A DNA stretch of 28,684 nucleotides from positions 1 to 28,684 of IMG/VR virus record IMGVR_UViG_3300008218_000036, one strand, 5' to 3'. The stretch's first letter is position 1; each line of letters opens with the position of its first letter. Both the position numbers and the translations under genes were made by a program. This DNA comes from a virus. Lineage: Duplodnaviria > Caudoviricetes. Shown here piece after piece: positions 1-8,316 of the stretch. The notes below the pieces were generated by a model. The model made no database searches and was not told the origin of the DNA. It saw only the letters and a program-made list of their open reading frames with translations.

Positions 1-214
1 CAGCTCCATCATCACTAAAAAGCTTTAGATGCCCACCCTGACTTGCACTACTAGTTGTAGAATCTTTTACCCACAACTGACCATCAACTTGTTCATCATA
101 TGTGTATGTTGAACTACCTTCAACAGTGAGGTCGCCATTAATAGTTAAATCACCAGTAATAGTTCCGCCAGAAGCAACCTCATCATTTACTGTGTTTATA
201 ATAAAACTTTTCAT
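1..214 (-). CDS. Tail fibre/spike protein, N-terminal part (runs off window)
   Basis: Not in the ORF track. ATG at 214 after AGGA; my translation MKSFIINTVNDEVASGGTITGDLTINGDLTVEG... stays open to base 1. GGTITGDLT is a typical tail-fibre repeat. Confidence 0.65.
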   Translation of the reverse strand, partial: MKSFIINTVNDEVASGGTITGDLTINGDLTVEGSSTYTYDEQVDGQLWVKDSTTSSASQGGHLKLFSDDGA

Positions 215-224
215 TTTAAATATC

Positions 225-554
225 CTAAGCCAAAACGTATCTTACTGTAGCGTCGCTACTTTTTCTTTCCCATTGAATATATACAGTATTCCCAAGTCCG
301 CTTGGAATTTGAAAACTATATATCGTATCACCACCAACAATATATAAATCGTTAGAAGTACTAAGTGAATCAGTACTAGAAGTAGTGAATTTAAAATATA
401 TATCATTATCTGTCTGAATATGTATATTGTGATAGCCTGATACATCAACTGAAGAAGCTGATGAACCTACAGAAGCCGCAGATTGCACCTGCCAATCAGC
501 AGCTATCCCAGCATTTAAAGCCTCTCCTGCAGTATATTTATATAAATTTGCCAT
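225..554 (-). CDS. Small virion structural protein (hypothetical)
   Basis: 109 aa, Ser/Thr-rich and beta-type, AAGGA RBS, in the morphogenesis operon. Confidence 0.6.
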   Translation of the reverse strand: MANLYKYTAGEALNAGIAADWQVQSAASVGSSASSVDVSGYHNIHIQTDNDIYFKFTTSSTDSLSTSNDLYIVGGDTIYSFQIPSGLGNTVYIQWERKSSDATVRYVLA

Positions 555-563
555 AATTTATCC

Positions 564-995
564 TTATTTTAAATTTGCTGGAACGATAACTCTAGTACCT
601 CCAGTTTTATCTCTCTTTTTCATTCCAAATCTTTTTACAGATTCATCCCATCTTCTCTGATGCATCATAGACATATTCATAGATACAGAAGATGCGTTTG
701 GGTCTTGCGCTTTCCCTGCTTCGTCCATATATAAACATTTCTTTACGTAATCTACAAGAGGTAAGTGTAAAGTATTATCTATATCAGGAGTATCTTCAAT
801 AGAAGAAACATTATTTGGTTCTGCATAATAAAACAATAATAATCCATCTGTTACAGCTTCTTGCACTGCTTTCCATCTTTTTCTAGAGGAAGTTGTAGTA
901 TTTCCACTACTATCCACATTAGTTACTAAAGCTAAATTATCGCCTTCAATAAACCATCTGCACGAATTTTCTGGGTATTTAATATTACTAGCCAT
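564..995 (-). CDS. Putative head-tail adaptor, C-terminal-half-like protein
   Basis: 143 aa. The YYAEP...DTPDIDNTLHLPLVDY pattern resembles the C-terminal part of phage adaptor proteins. TAATG coupling to the upstream gene. Confidence 0.5.
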   Translation of the reverse strand: MASNIKYPENSCRWFIEGDNLALVTNVDSSGNTTTSSRKRWKAVQEAVTDGLLLFYYAEPNNVSSIEDTPDIDNTLHLPLVDYVKKCLYMDEAGKAQDPNASSVSMNMSMMHQRRWDESVKRFGMKKRDKTGGTRVIVPANLK

Positions 996-1351
996 TATTT
1001 ACTATCCGGTGAGTTAAGATTAGATTCACTTGTAACATCTACAAGAAATAAGTTTTTATCTGTAAGTCTAGGAATCTGAATATAATCTCCATCATCATCC
1101 ATAAAGTATACCTTAGATATTTTATTAGCCTCTAATACATTAGAAGAGGAATCTTGAGCTTCGTCTTTCAGACTATACCACATTTGATTAGCTGCAGTAG
1201 TTAATTTAGCGTGAACAACTTTAGTGTGATACATACCAATTTCTACTAGTGCATCGTTAATTAGATTCATTATATAAGACTCAGGAGCATCTGGAAAAAC
1301 CTGGCGCACCCTTGAAATTATCTGCTTAACTGTTATGCTGTGTACAGCCAT
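995..1351 (-). CDS. Putative head-tail adaptor, N-terminal-half-like protein
   Basis: 118 aa. TVKQIISRVR...IMNLINDALVEI helical hairpin is typical of adaptor N-termini. TAATG overlaps on both sides. Confidence 0.5.
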   Translation of the reverse strand: MAVHSITVKQIISRVRQVFPDAPESYIMNLINDALVEIGMYHTKVVHAKLTTAANQMWYSLKDEAQDSSSNVLEANKISKVYFMDDDGDYIQIPRLTDKNLFLVDVTSESNLNSPDSK

Positions 1352-2370
1352 TACGCTGAGCTCCTTCCAGATAGCATCATTATACCTTTATCGTAGTCAG
1401 CTTGTAATTTTGCTTGTTGTTTTTCCATCCAAATATATTCTGTTGTTATAATAGAAAATCGAGCTTGAATTTCATTTCCATATGCCTGAGCCTCAGATAA
1501 AGAAGCATTAATTTCCCTTACTCTCATATCGCCAATAGCAGTCCATTCGGATAAATGCACTTTAGCCCTAGAGAGTTCTGTCTGAGCAATATTTAAAGCA
1601 GACGTAACCAGCTCGATATCTTCATTAGATTGTGCACCATAAGCATCAGTCGTCGCACTTGGTTGATTACTATTTATAACATCTTCAGCATTATCAATAG
1701 CAGCTTTGACTCGTGTAAGTTGAGAACTTGAAGTTTCAAAAGTATCCGAATCACCAAACACAGAACTAGAACCTGCCTCCATTGTATCAAGCGCAGCCTC
1801 AGCCGCTTCTATTGCAGCTTTCATAGCTGACAATGCTGTAGTAATGTCTGAATTACCAGCCTTTGCAGCCATAGCATTTTGTAACGATTTTATAGCACCA
1901 TGCAACACAACAAGATATTCTGCTTCATCAGGGAAAGCCGCAATAGAGCTAGCACCATAAGCTACTGACGGATATGCAACCGCAGAATACGAACAAGAAC
2001 CACCAGCAGGAAGAACATCTAAAGTGTTGTTGTCTATAAAAAATACAGGGTCTGTTATGGTAGCATATGCCATATCTTCTGGGTCTGATACTCTACCTTT
2101 TTGAAAAACTGGTATTTTCCTACATGGTTGATTTATATCGCCATCATTTCTAAATACATTTAATATTTTTCCAGTAACTAATGTTTCAGCACTACCAGAT
2201 GTAAATGTATTAGAAGACGCACATAAGGGTAATAAATGACCTGGCAAATTGTTAATAATCTCTTTAGCGCCATCCGTGAGAAACTGAGTTAATTCAGTTT
2301 GCGTAGGAGCACTACTTCCATCTATTGAAAGACTTGTTAAACCTTCTACCTGTGCTTCAAAAGTAGCCAT
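1351..2370 (-). CDS. Putative adaptor/neck protein with a long Ala-rich coiled-coil C-terminus
   Basis: 339 aa. ELTQFLTDGAKEI and FPDEAEYLVVL are adaptor-like motifs followed by a helical extension; position after the capsid genes. Confidence 0.5.
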   Translation of the reverse strand: MATFEAQVEGLTSLSIDGSSAPTQTELTQFLTDGAKEIINNLPGHLLPLCASSNTFTSGSAETLVTGKILNVFRNDGDINQPCRKIPVFQKGRVSDPEDMAYATITDPVFFIDNNTLDVLPAGGSCSYSAVAYPSVAYGASSIAAFPDEAEYLVVLHGAIKSLQNAMAAKAGNSDITTALSAMKAAIEAAEAALDTMEAGSSSVFGDSDTFETSSSQLTRVKAAIDNAEDVINSNQPSATTDAYGAQSNEDIELVTSALNIAQTELSRAKVHLSEWTAIGDMRVREINASLSEAQAYGNEIQARFSIITTEYIWMEKQQAKLQADYDKGIMMLSGRSSA

Positions 2371-2819
2371 TATGCGCTCGCTATAAAGACTTCAACGCTA
2401 ACGGCATTAGAGCCTGGGTTTACTTGCAAACTTGATATGTCTGCCATAGTACCAAAACTTGGACTTGTATCAGCCTCGGCTAACATAAGCCCATCAGCGC
2501 TACCAAGAACATGGCTTTGCCCTGCTGCTAATGTTACTTGATATAAAGTAGCTGCCCCAACAACTGCTAATTCAACAGCATTTGAACTATCTAAATTAGT
2601 AACCCTAATATACTTCGAGTCTTCTATATCAACAGCGCCGGCTGCCCCATACGCATTAGAATTAAAAACAGCAACTGTAGTCGTCTCATTGGCAGCGCAT
2701 GTAACTATTCTTTTAGATATTTCATCAATGCTAGATATTTCTAATGTTCTTTTAGAACCATAATCTTGATTGTCGAGTATAATATCTTCTTGTATTTTAA
2801 CTTTTAATTTTCCAGCCAT
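2370..2819 (-). CDS. Virion structural protein (hypothetical)
   Basis: 149 aa, beta-rich, translationally coupled in the structural operon. Confidence 0.6.
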   Translation of the reverse strand: MAGKLKVKIQEDIILDNQDYGSKRTLEISSIDEISKRIVTCAANETTTVAVFNSNAYGAAGAVDIEDSKYIRVTNLDSSNAVELAVVGAATLYQVTLAAGQSHVLGSADGLMLAEADTSPSFGTMADISSLQVNPGSNAVSVEVFIASA

Positions 2820-2947
2820 TATCTTTTCCCAGAACTTCTCTTCTTCTTAGCATAAGAGACTTTCTTACCTTTTTTCTTGGCATAAGCCTTGGCTTTCTTT
2901 TTACCAGCCTTGGTATATGCAAAATGTTTTTTACCAACTTTAGGCAT
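2819..2947 (-). CDS. 42-aa Lys-rich peptide
   Basis: Not in the ORF track. AAGGAG RBS; MPKVGKKHFAYTKAGKKKAKAYAKKKGKKVSYAKKKRSSGKR; its TAA overlaps the next ATG (TAATG at 2817-2821) and it fills the gap exactly. Confidence 0.8.
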   Translation of the reverse strand: MPKVGKKHFAYTKAGKKKAKAYAKKKGKKVSYAKKKRSSGKR

Positions 2948-3191
2948 GTCTATACTCCTTTAGTTTATCTTTCCAAAACTTTTGATTGCGTTCAGTTCTA
3001 TCTTGTTTAATTTCTTTTATACTATCTTCCATACTAACATGAGAAAATTCTACGTCTGTTCTCTTACCTACTTCACTCATCATATATAGATTAGTAGTAA
3101 ACTTAGACATTGATGATTTTTTACCACATGCTCTGCAATAAAACCAATGCTCAGGATTAGGACTCGAGCAATTAACGCAATTATTATCCAT
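2940..3191 (-). CDS. Small zinc-ribbon protein
   Basis: CVNC...CRAC motifs; start probably the ATG at 3191 (track start 3200). Confidence 0.65.
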   Translation of the reverse strand: MDNNCVNCSSPNPEHWFYCRACGKKSSMSKFTTNLYMMSEVGKRTDVEFSHVSMEDSIKEIKQDRTERNQKFWKDKLKEYRHA

Positions 3192-3471
3192 AATAAGCAA
3201 TCACAGAACCACTATCCAACTCTATTGAAGTAAAGTCTCCATATATAGTTGCACCTGCCGGTATTTTAAAGGTTGCTGGTATTGTACCAGATAACCATGT
3301 AACATCACATTCTGACGTATCTACTACAGATGCTTCTAAGCCTGTTATTGCTACAAATGGTCCTGATACTGCATCAGTACCATCTATTATAACAGCACCA
3401 GCTTGCCCTAACTGAAGATTATTAGCTTCTGCTGCCGTATAATTATTTACAGACTTTATTCCACGTGCCAT
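3184..3471 (-). CDS. Small virion structural protein (hypothetical)
   Basis: 95 aa, GAGGT RBS, beta-rich. Confidence 0.65.
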   Translation of the reverse strand: MARGIKSVNNYTAAEANNLQLGQAGAVIIDGTDAVSGPFVAITGLEASVVDTSECDVTWLSGTIPATFKIPAGATIYGDFTSIELDSGSVIAYYG

Positions 3472-3521
3472 ATTTACCTCCTACTATAAAAGCTTATCGC
3501 TCATAAGTAAACTTATTTATT

Positions 3522-3592
3522 GTTAAAAATCTTCTAGAGATTCGGGGTATATCCTTTATCGACATACCCCACAGTTCTCTAAAACTGTTAAC
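3522..3592 (-). terminator. Stem-loop after the capsid/decoration genes (terminator, attenuator or processing site)
   Basis: Minus strand GGGGTATGTC-gataaag-GATATACCCC forms a 10-bp stem with one G-U (3544-3570), extended by TAGAGA/TCTCTA pairing. No U-tract directly after the core stem. Confidence 0.55.
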
Positions 3593-3607
3593 CCTTATTT
3601 ATTCAGA

Positions 3608-4042
3608 TTATGAAGTGGTGACAGCATCATCAATTCCAGATAGACAGATTGCATTCCACTCACCGCTGTAATAAACCATCTTTATCCAATCTCCTTTTTG
3701 AGCACTTGTCCCAATAACGATATTAGATACTTGAGTTCCCACGGTTGAGTTAGAAGCATTTCCGCCAGCATCTTTCATGACAAGACTGATAATAGCACTA
3801 CCTGCTGCGAGTGTAATCGCTGCAGTTGGAGTTTCTTCTTCTACACAAAACTCATATTCCATACCATCAATACCATTAGATGCTGTGGGTAATGTAATTG
3901 AAAAAGCTCCAGCGGCTGAGGAAAGCATAAAAACTTTGCCAGAATCAGCTTGAGCTAATGTTCTAGCAACTTTTATTTCTTCAACTTTTCTCAGAAATCC
4001 GTCAGTTTGTCCACTATTTTCTTCAAGATACGCACTTCTCAT
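3608..4042 (-). CDS. Putative capsid decoration/cement protein
   Basis: 144 aa directly after the MCP; TLAQADSGKVF...ITLP pattern; GGAG RBS. Confidence 0.55.
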   Translation of the reverse strand: MRSAYLEENSGQTDGFLRKVEEIKVARTLAQADSGKVFMLSSAAGAFSITLPTASNGIDGMEYEFCVEEETPTAAITLAAGSAIISLVMKDAGGNASNSTVGTQVSNIVIGTSAQKGDWIKMVYYSGEWNAICLSGIDDAVTTS

Positions 4043-4045
4043 TTT

Positions 4046-5380
4046 CTACTCCAAGTTATACAGCATGTGTGTTTCTGGAAGCGTTACTTCAAGACCTGCT
4101 TCTGTAAGAATCATATCTTTCCGTAAATCCTCGTCACCATCCTGTACGTTGGTGATAACATGTGTATCACGATTAACGCCATTTCCTACTAATGGGCGAT
4201 AAGCAACATGGTCTAAGTCGACCAAAGCTAAATACCCTTTAGAGAAACCTCGAAACATAGGTTCTTTAACCATAGACATACTTCCATTAACTGTATCCAC
4301 TCTCATTAATGCATGTCCAAACGCTCCCTTGATATTTTGCATATCAATATAATAAGCATCTGTACCAGTGGCATTAAGACCAAGATTACCAGCATGAAAA
4401 CCTGCCAATTTGTTAAAGAACGTAATTACGGACAGTCCTGCTAGTCCAAGCTTCGATTTTGCTCCGCCCCTTGCAGGGTCAAAAACAACTTCAAAGTCAG
4501 ATAGTAAGCGGTCATACGTCATTTCTGATGTAGCTGCACTACGAAAATATGGTGCACCTGAGCTATATGATAGAGCACTATCATCAACAACAGCTGTTCC
4601 ATTCTTTACTACGTGTCCAACTATACCTTCGGTATATAAAATACCGCTTTGACTTGCACGCTGTCCAAACAGCATTGCCCGTTCTATGTCAACCTTATGC
4701 TCTCTCAGCTTTAGATTCCAAATGCGCGCCCATTCATCAGCATAACCACGATAAACCGTAGCACGAGCTGTATTGCTCATTTCTGCCGCTGTTTTGAAGA
4801 TTTGAGTATAACCGTAGTCATTATCAATTTCTTCTGACCAAACATCAGGTGAGCCAGTACCTTCAGCAAATGAAGTACCTACAACCTGACATATCGCATT
4901 ATCAGCGCCAGTTTCAGCTCCATCAATAGCAGAAATAGTTCTACCAGTAAAAGAGGTATCACTTCCATTATCAACAGGACTGCTTTCAACGCGAACAATA
5001 ATAGTCTCAGGTGCGTTTGATTCTTTATAATCAACAGCAAAAACCATACCCTTAACTAGCCAATCAACACTTGCACCGCCCGATGTATCAACCGTATATG
5101 TAAGCGTGCTACCAGCAGCAGGTATAGAATGACTTGCTTTCAATAAGAAACTTCTATCACTCCAAGATACCTTTGTTCTATCTTCTAGGAATCTAAATTG
5201 AGGGTCACTAGTCGGCACTTTTGCTACTTTTGACAAATATACAAAAAATGGTGACTCATCCGGAGCTAGGTCAGCGACTCTATCACTAAAGTCGTATAAC
5301 CTACGTGTACTTAGACTCGCAGAGTCAACAGTAGCTGTTCCAGGGTCAGCATATTGCAATTGTCCTTGATTAATTGCCAT
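4046..5380 (-). CDS. Major capsid protein (SU10/DUF5309-like, HK97 fold)
   Basis: 444 aa after portal and scaffold; AAGGAG RBS; motifs P.ESPF, YTQIFK, HKVDIERAMLFG and MILTEAGLEV. Confidence 0.85.
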   Translation of the reverse strand: MAINQGQLQYADPGTATVDSASLSTRRLYDFSDRVADLAPDESPFFVYLSKVAKVPTSDPQFRFLEDRTKVSWSDRSFLLKASHSIPAAGSTLTYTVDTSGGASVDWLVKGMVFAVDYKESNAPETIIVRVESSPVDNGSDTSFTGRTISAIDGAETGADNAICQVVGTSFAEGTGSPDVWSEEIDNDYGYTQIFKTAAEMSNTARATVYRGYADEWARIWNLKLREHKVDIERAMLFGQRASQSGILYTEGIVGHVVKNGTAVVDDSALSYSSGAPYFRSAATSEMTYDRLLSDFEVVFDPARGGAKSKLGLAGLSVITFFNKLAGFHAGNLGLNATGTDAYYIDMQNIKGAFGHALMRVDTVNGSMSMVKEPMFRGFSKGYLALVDLDHVAYRPLVGNGVNRDTHVITNVQDGDEDLRKDMILTEAGLEVTLPETHMLYNLE

Positions 5381-5406
5381 AACTAATCTCCTTAGTTAGA
5401 TTATTT

Positions 5407-6192
5407 TTACAAAGTTGTGCTTCTATCAGCTGATAAGATATTACCCCACATCTTATCTTTTTCTGACTTAGGAGCACTCTCCTTACCTCCTTGTAAAACA
5501 CCTGCGGTACGTGGTTGTTCTTTAGCATTCTTTACTGCTCTAATAGAATCAGTGACTCGCGTACGCTTACCTGACTGTTCACGCCAAACATTAACAAGAG
5601 TATCTAATGAAAGACTCTCTGCCGGTTTAGTTGCGAACTGCATGAAATCGACTATCTCACCTTCAGGCATTCTGTACACATTTCTTAATTCATTAACAGT
5701 ATTATTAACAAGCATCTGTTCATTAATACTATTCATTTGCTCACTAACAGCTTGTTGAACAACGCCACGCTCCTGATTCATACGATGTTTGTACGAAGGA
5801 GATTCTGGCTTGTAATAGGCATCCCAAGGATTAAACTCTTCCTCAGGAAGCGATGATTCGTTACTATTGCGTCCGACACTACTATTTTGGTTATTGTTTG
5901 AGAGACTTCGCTCCGCCATTTTTAGCATAGCTTCTTCCATCCTTTGCTTATCAGAAACAGTCTTATCATACATAGACTGAAACTTCTTAGCTTCACCTTC
6001 CCAATCTATATGAGAAGCGGTACTCTCAACATTACCCTGAGGCACATCTTCAAATCCTTGACTTTCATTTTGATATGCATCAGTTTCGTAGTTAGTTGTA
6101 TCAGTTTCGGAATAGTCAACATCCACACCGCTACTATCAGAATAGTCTTCGACATATTCCATAGATTGTGCTTCAGCATTGTTATTGTCCAT
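5407..6192 (-). CDS. Putative capsid scaffolding protein
   Basis: 261 aa, acidic disordered N-terminus plus coiled coil, located between portal and MCP. Confidence 0.7.
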   Translation of the reverse strand: MDNNNAEAQSMEYVEDYSDSSGVDVDYSETDTTNYETDAYQNESQGFEDVPQGNVESTASHIDWEGEAKKFQSMYDKTVSDKQRMEEAMLKMAERSLSNNNQNSSVGRNSNESSLPEEEFNPWDAYYKPESPSYKHRMNQERGVVQQAVSEQMNSINEQMLVNNTVNELRNVYRMPEGEIVDFMQFATKPAESLSLDTLVNVWREQSGKRTRVTDSIRAVKNAKEQPRTAGVLQGGKESAPKSEKDKMWGNILSADRSTTL

Positions 6193-6221
6193 TTTACTTT
6201 CCTTCCGCGATGTCTAGCGTG

Positions 6222-8249
6222 CTATTCAGGAGAACCTGTTTCTTCTATGCTTTTGAATAATCCACGAGATTGCTCAGCAGCTAACTTCACCGCATTTTGA
6301 AGCCTTCCGGCTTCTACTTTACTATTTGCTTTAGCGTCCGACTCTACACCTGCAAGTTTAGATTTAAACTTTTCAACCTCAACTCGTTTTCTGTCAGATA
6401 CGGACTCCCTTCTTGCCGTTTGCAGGTCACCCTGCAAGTCTTTTACTTGCCCATTTAATTGTTCTACCATACCTCTCAATTGAGATATTTCGCTCATACG
6501 TTTTATAACACCCTCCTTATCGAATATTTCAGGGTTTTTCTTTAAAACTTCAGTTTTATCTATAATACCTAACTGAAATGCTTCAAGATAAACGCCATAT
6601 TCAGCCCACTTACTAGTAGGCAATGTAGAACCAGGCTGTATACTAATATCATGTTGTCCAATATTATACTTTTCTTTAGCTATATCTATAATAGCTCCTG
6701 TGATATCATCGTAAACATTTACCATAACCTCTGTCTGGTTATTATTGGCTCCCGCCAATCTAAAAATTTTATTATAACTATAATGGCTCTTTGAAAGCCC
6801 ATACATTACTTTACCTAATCTAGTAATAGCAAATTCTATATCTCTTAACTTTGATTTAGGTCTTTCTTGACCTAAAGATACCATTTTTTCAGTTCCCCTA
6901 ACTGTTTCAGGTGCTTTATCTGCAAATCCGTGCATTAACTCCGGTAATCCGAAAGTAAAATCTATATAAAACTCAGCACTTTGAATTAATCTATAAAACT
7001 CAGAAGCTAGTGGCGTAGGAGCAGGATAATGAGGCTCACCTTGAGAACTATCTACTTCTATTACAGCGTTAGGATTAGCCCAATCCATCTCTAACTGGCT
7101 TAAATCTTCAACACTGCCAAGCGGAACTAATAGTTTTAATCCTGCGGAAGCTTGAGCATGAGACAATGCTAAAGACCAAAGTTTATTTAAAAGCCTCTGC
7201 ATTGGTCTAGCCCTAGCAACATCAGACCTTGGATATGGAGTACCTGTATAAATATTTGGGATAGGAATAATAGGATAGATATCTATATTCATAATAGATT
7301 CATACAAAACCACCTGCCCTATGCTAGCAATTACCCCAATACGATTTTGAAGCACCTCTTGATATTCAACTAATCCTCTCTCAAATACATCAGGGTTAGC
7401 AGATAAGAACTCTTGAAATTCTACATCGCTAAGAATCTGCTCTTCGCCGTTTCTACTATCAACTATTCTATAGAAAGGAACCTTAGTCTTAAAAAACCTT
7501 TCGAGTATCTGATACTTATCTACATCACCATAAGCTAAATCATTTGCATCTGCAGGTGTTGTATATTTTATACTTTGCTTATTATTTGCAGCAGGATAAT
7601 CTTCCTCGTTATTCCAAACCTCAATAGATTTTAATATACCCTCTTCTAACTCCCCAGTTTCTGGATTCACTCTATCACCTAATTCAGGGTAGAGACGAGT
7701 AACTTGTTCTTTAGTGAGAATAGTAGAAAGTATAATGCTATCAGCATCATCAAAAAAGCGGTCCCGCGAAGTAGGCGGAACATAAACACGAAATGGATTC
7801 ACACTAGTAAACTTAACATCGCCTCTACCAAAATCAGATTCGCCATCAACATATGCATAAAGATACCCAAGACCTGCCACGGAATAATCATGTATAGCTT
7901 GTTTAAGATGCATATCCCCATTAGATATTTCCCAACAATACCCAAGAACTGTACGCCATACGCTTGATAATTGAGTATCTGAGTCTTCTCTCGGTATTAT
8001 TGTGAAAGCAGGAGGTCTAGCTGTAATAACGCTTTTTAGCTTTTCTACAGCAGGTCCAATCCTATCCATGGGGACGCCAGCTTGATTAACAGCAGCAAGG
8101 TCATCGCTTTCTTGAGCGCTAAAATGATTACCACCATAAAAGTCTAAATCTATCCTAGCTTCAGTATCCCACTCACTGCGCGCATCGCGCCAGCGGCGGT
8201 ATAATTCAAGATTTTCGTTAGCTCTAGTATCTCTTTCCAAATCCGGCAT
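6222..8249 (-). CDS. Portal protein (P22-like)
   Basis: 675 aa after TerL; DLDFYGGNHF...RIGPAVE, IIPREDSD, YPIIP and a C-terminal coiled-coil barrel. Confidence 0.85.
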   Translation of the reverse strand: MPDLERDTRANENLELYRRWRDARSEWDTEARIDLDFYGGNHFSAQESDDLAAVNQAGVPMDRIGPAVEKLKSVITARPPAFTIIPREDSDTQLSSVWRTVLGYCWEISNGDMHLKQAIHDYSVAGLGYLYAYVDGESDFGRGDVKFTSVNPFRVYVPPTSRDRFFDDADSIILSTILTKEQVTRLYPELGDRVNPETGELEEGILKSIEVWNNEEDYPAANNKQSIKYTTPADANDLAYGDVDKYQILERFFKTKVPFYRIVDSRNGEEQILSDVEFQEFLSANPDVFERGLVEYQEVLQNRIGVIASIGQVVLYESIMNIDIYPIIPIPNIYTGTPYPRSDVARARPMQRLLNKLWSLALSHAQASAGLKLLVPLGSVEDLSQLEMDWANPNAVIEVDSSQGEPHYPAPTPLASEFYRLIQSAEFYIDFTFGLPELMHGFADKAPETVRGTEKMVSLGQERPKSKLRDIEFAITRLGKVMYGLSKSHYSYNKIFRLAGANNNQTEVMVNVYDDITGAIIDIAKEKYNIGQHDISIQPGSTLPTSKWAEYGVYLEAFQLGIIDKTEVLKKNPEIFDKEGVIKRMSEISQLRGMVEQLNGQVKDLQGDLQTARRESVSDRKRVEVEKFKSKLAGVESDAKANSKVEAGRLQNAVKLAAEQSRGLFKSIEETGSPE

Positions 8250-8284
8250 GGGTCTAATTTATCTTAATTAAATTTACTTTTCAA
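8250..8284 (-). promoter_or_regulatory. Sigma70-like promoter, probably leaderless, for the portal gene
   Basis: TTGAAA (8284-8279), 17 bp, TAAATT (8261-8256), 6 nt, ATG; no SD sequence. Confidence 0.55.
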
Positions 8285-8316
8285 TAGTTAATACTCATTT
8301 TTTTAAAAAAGTTCCG

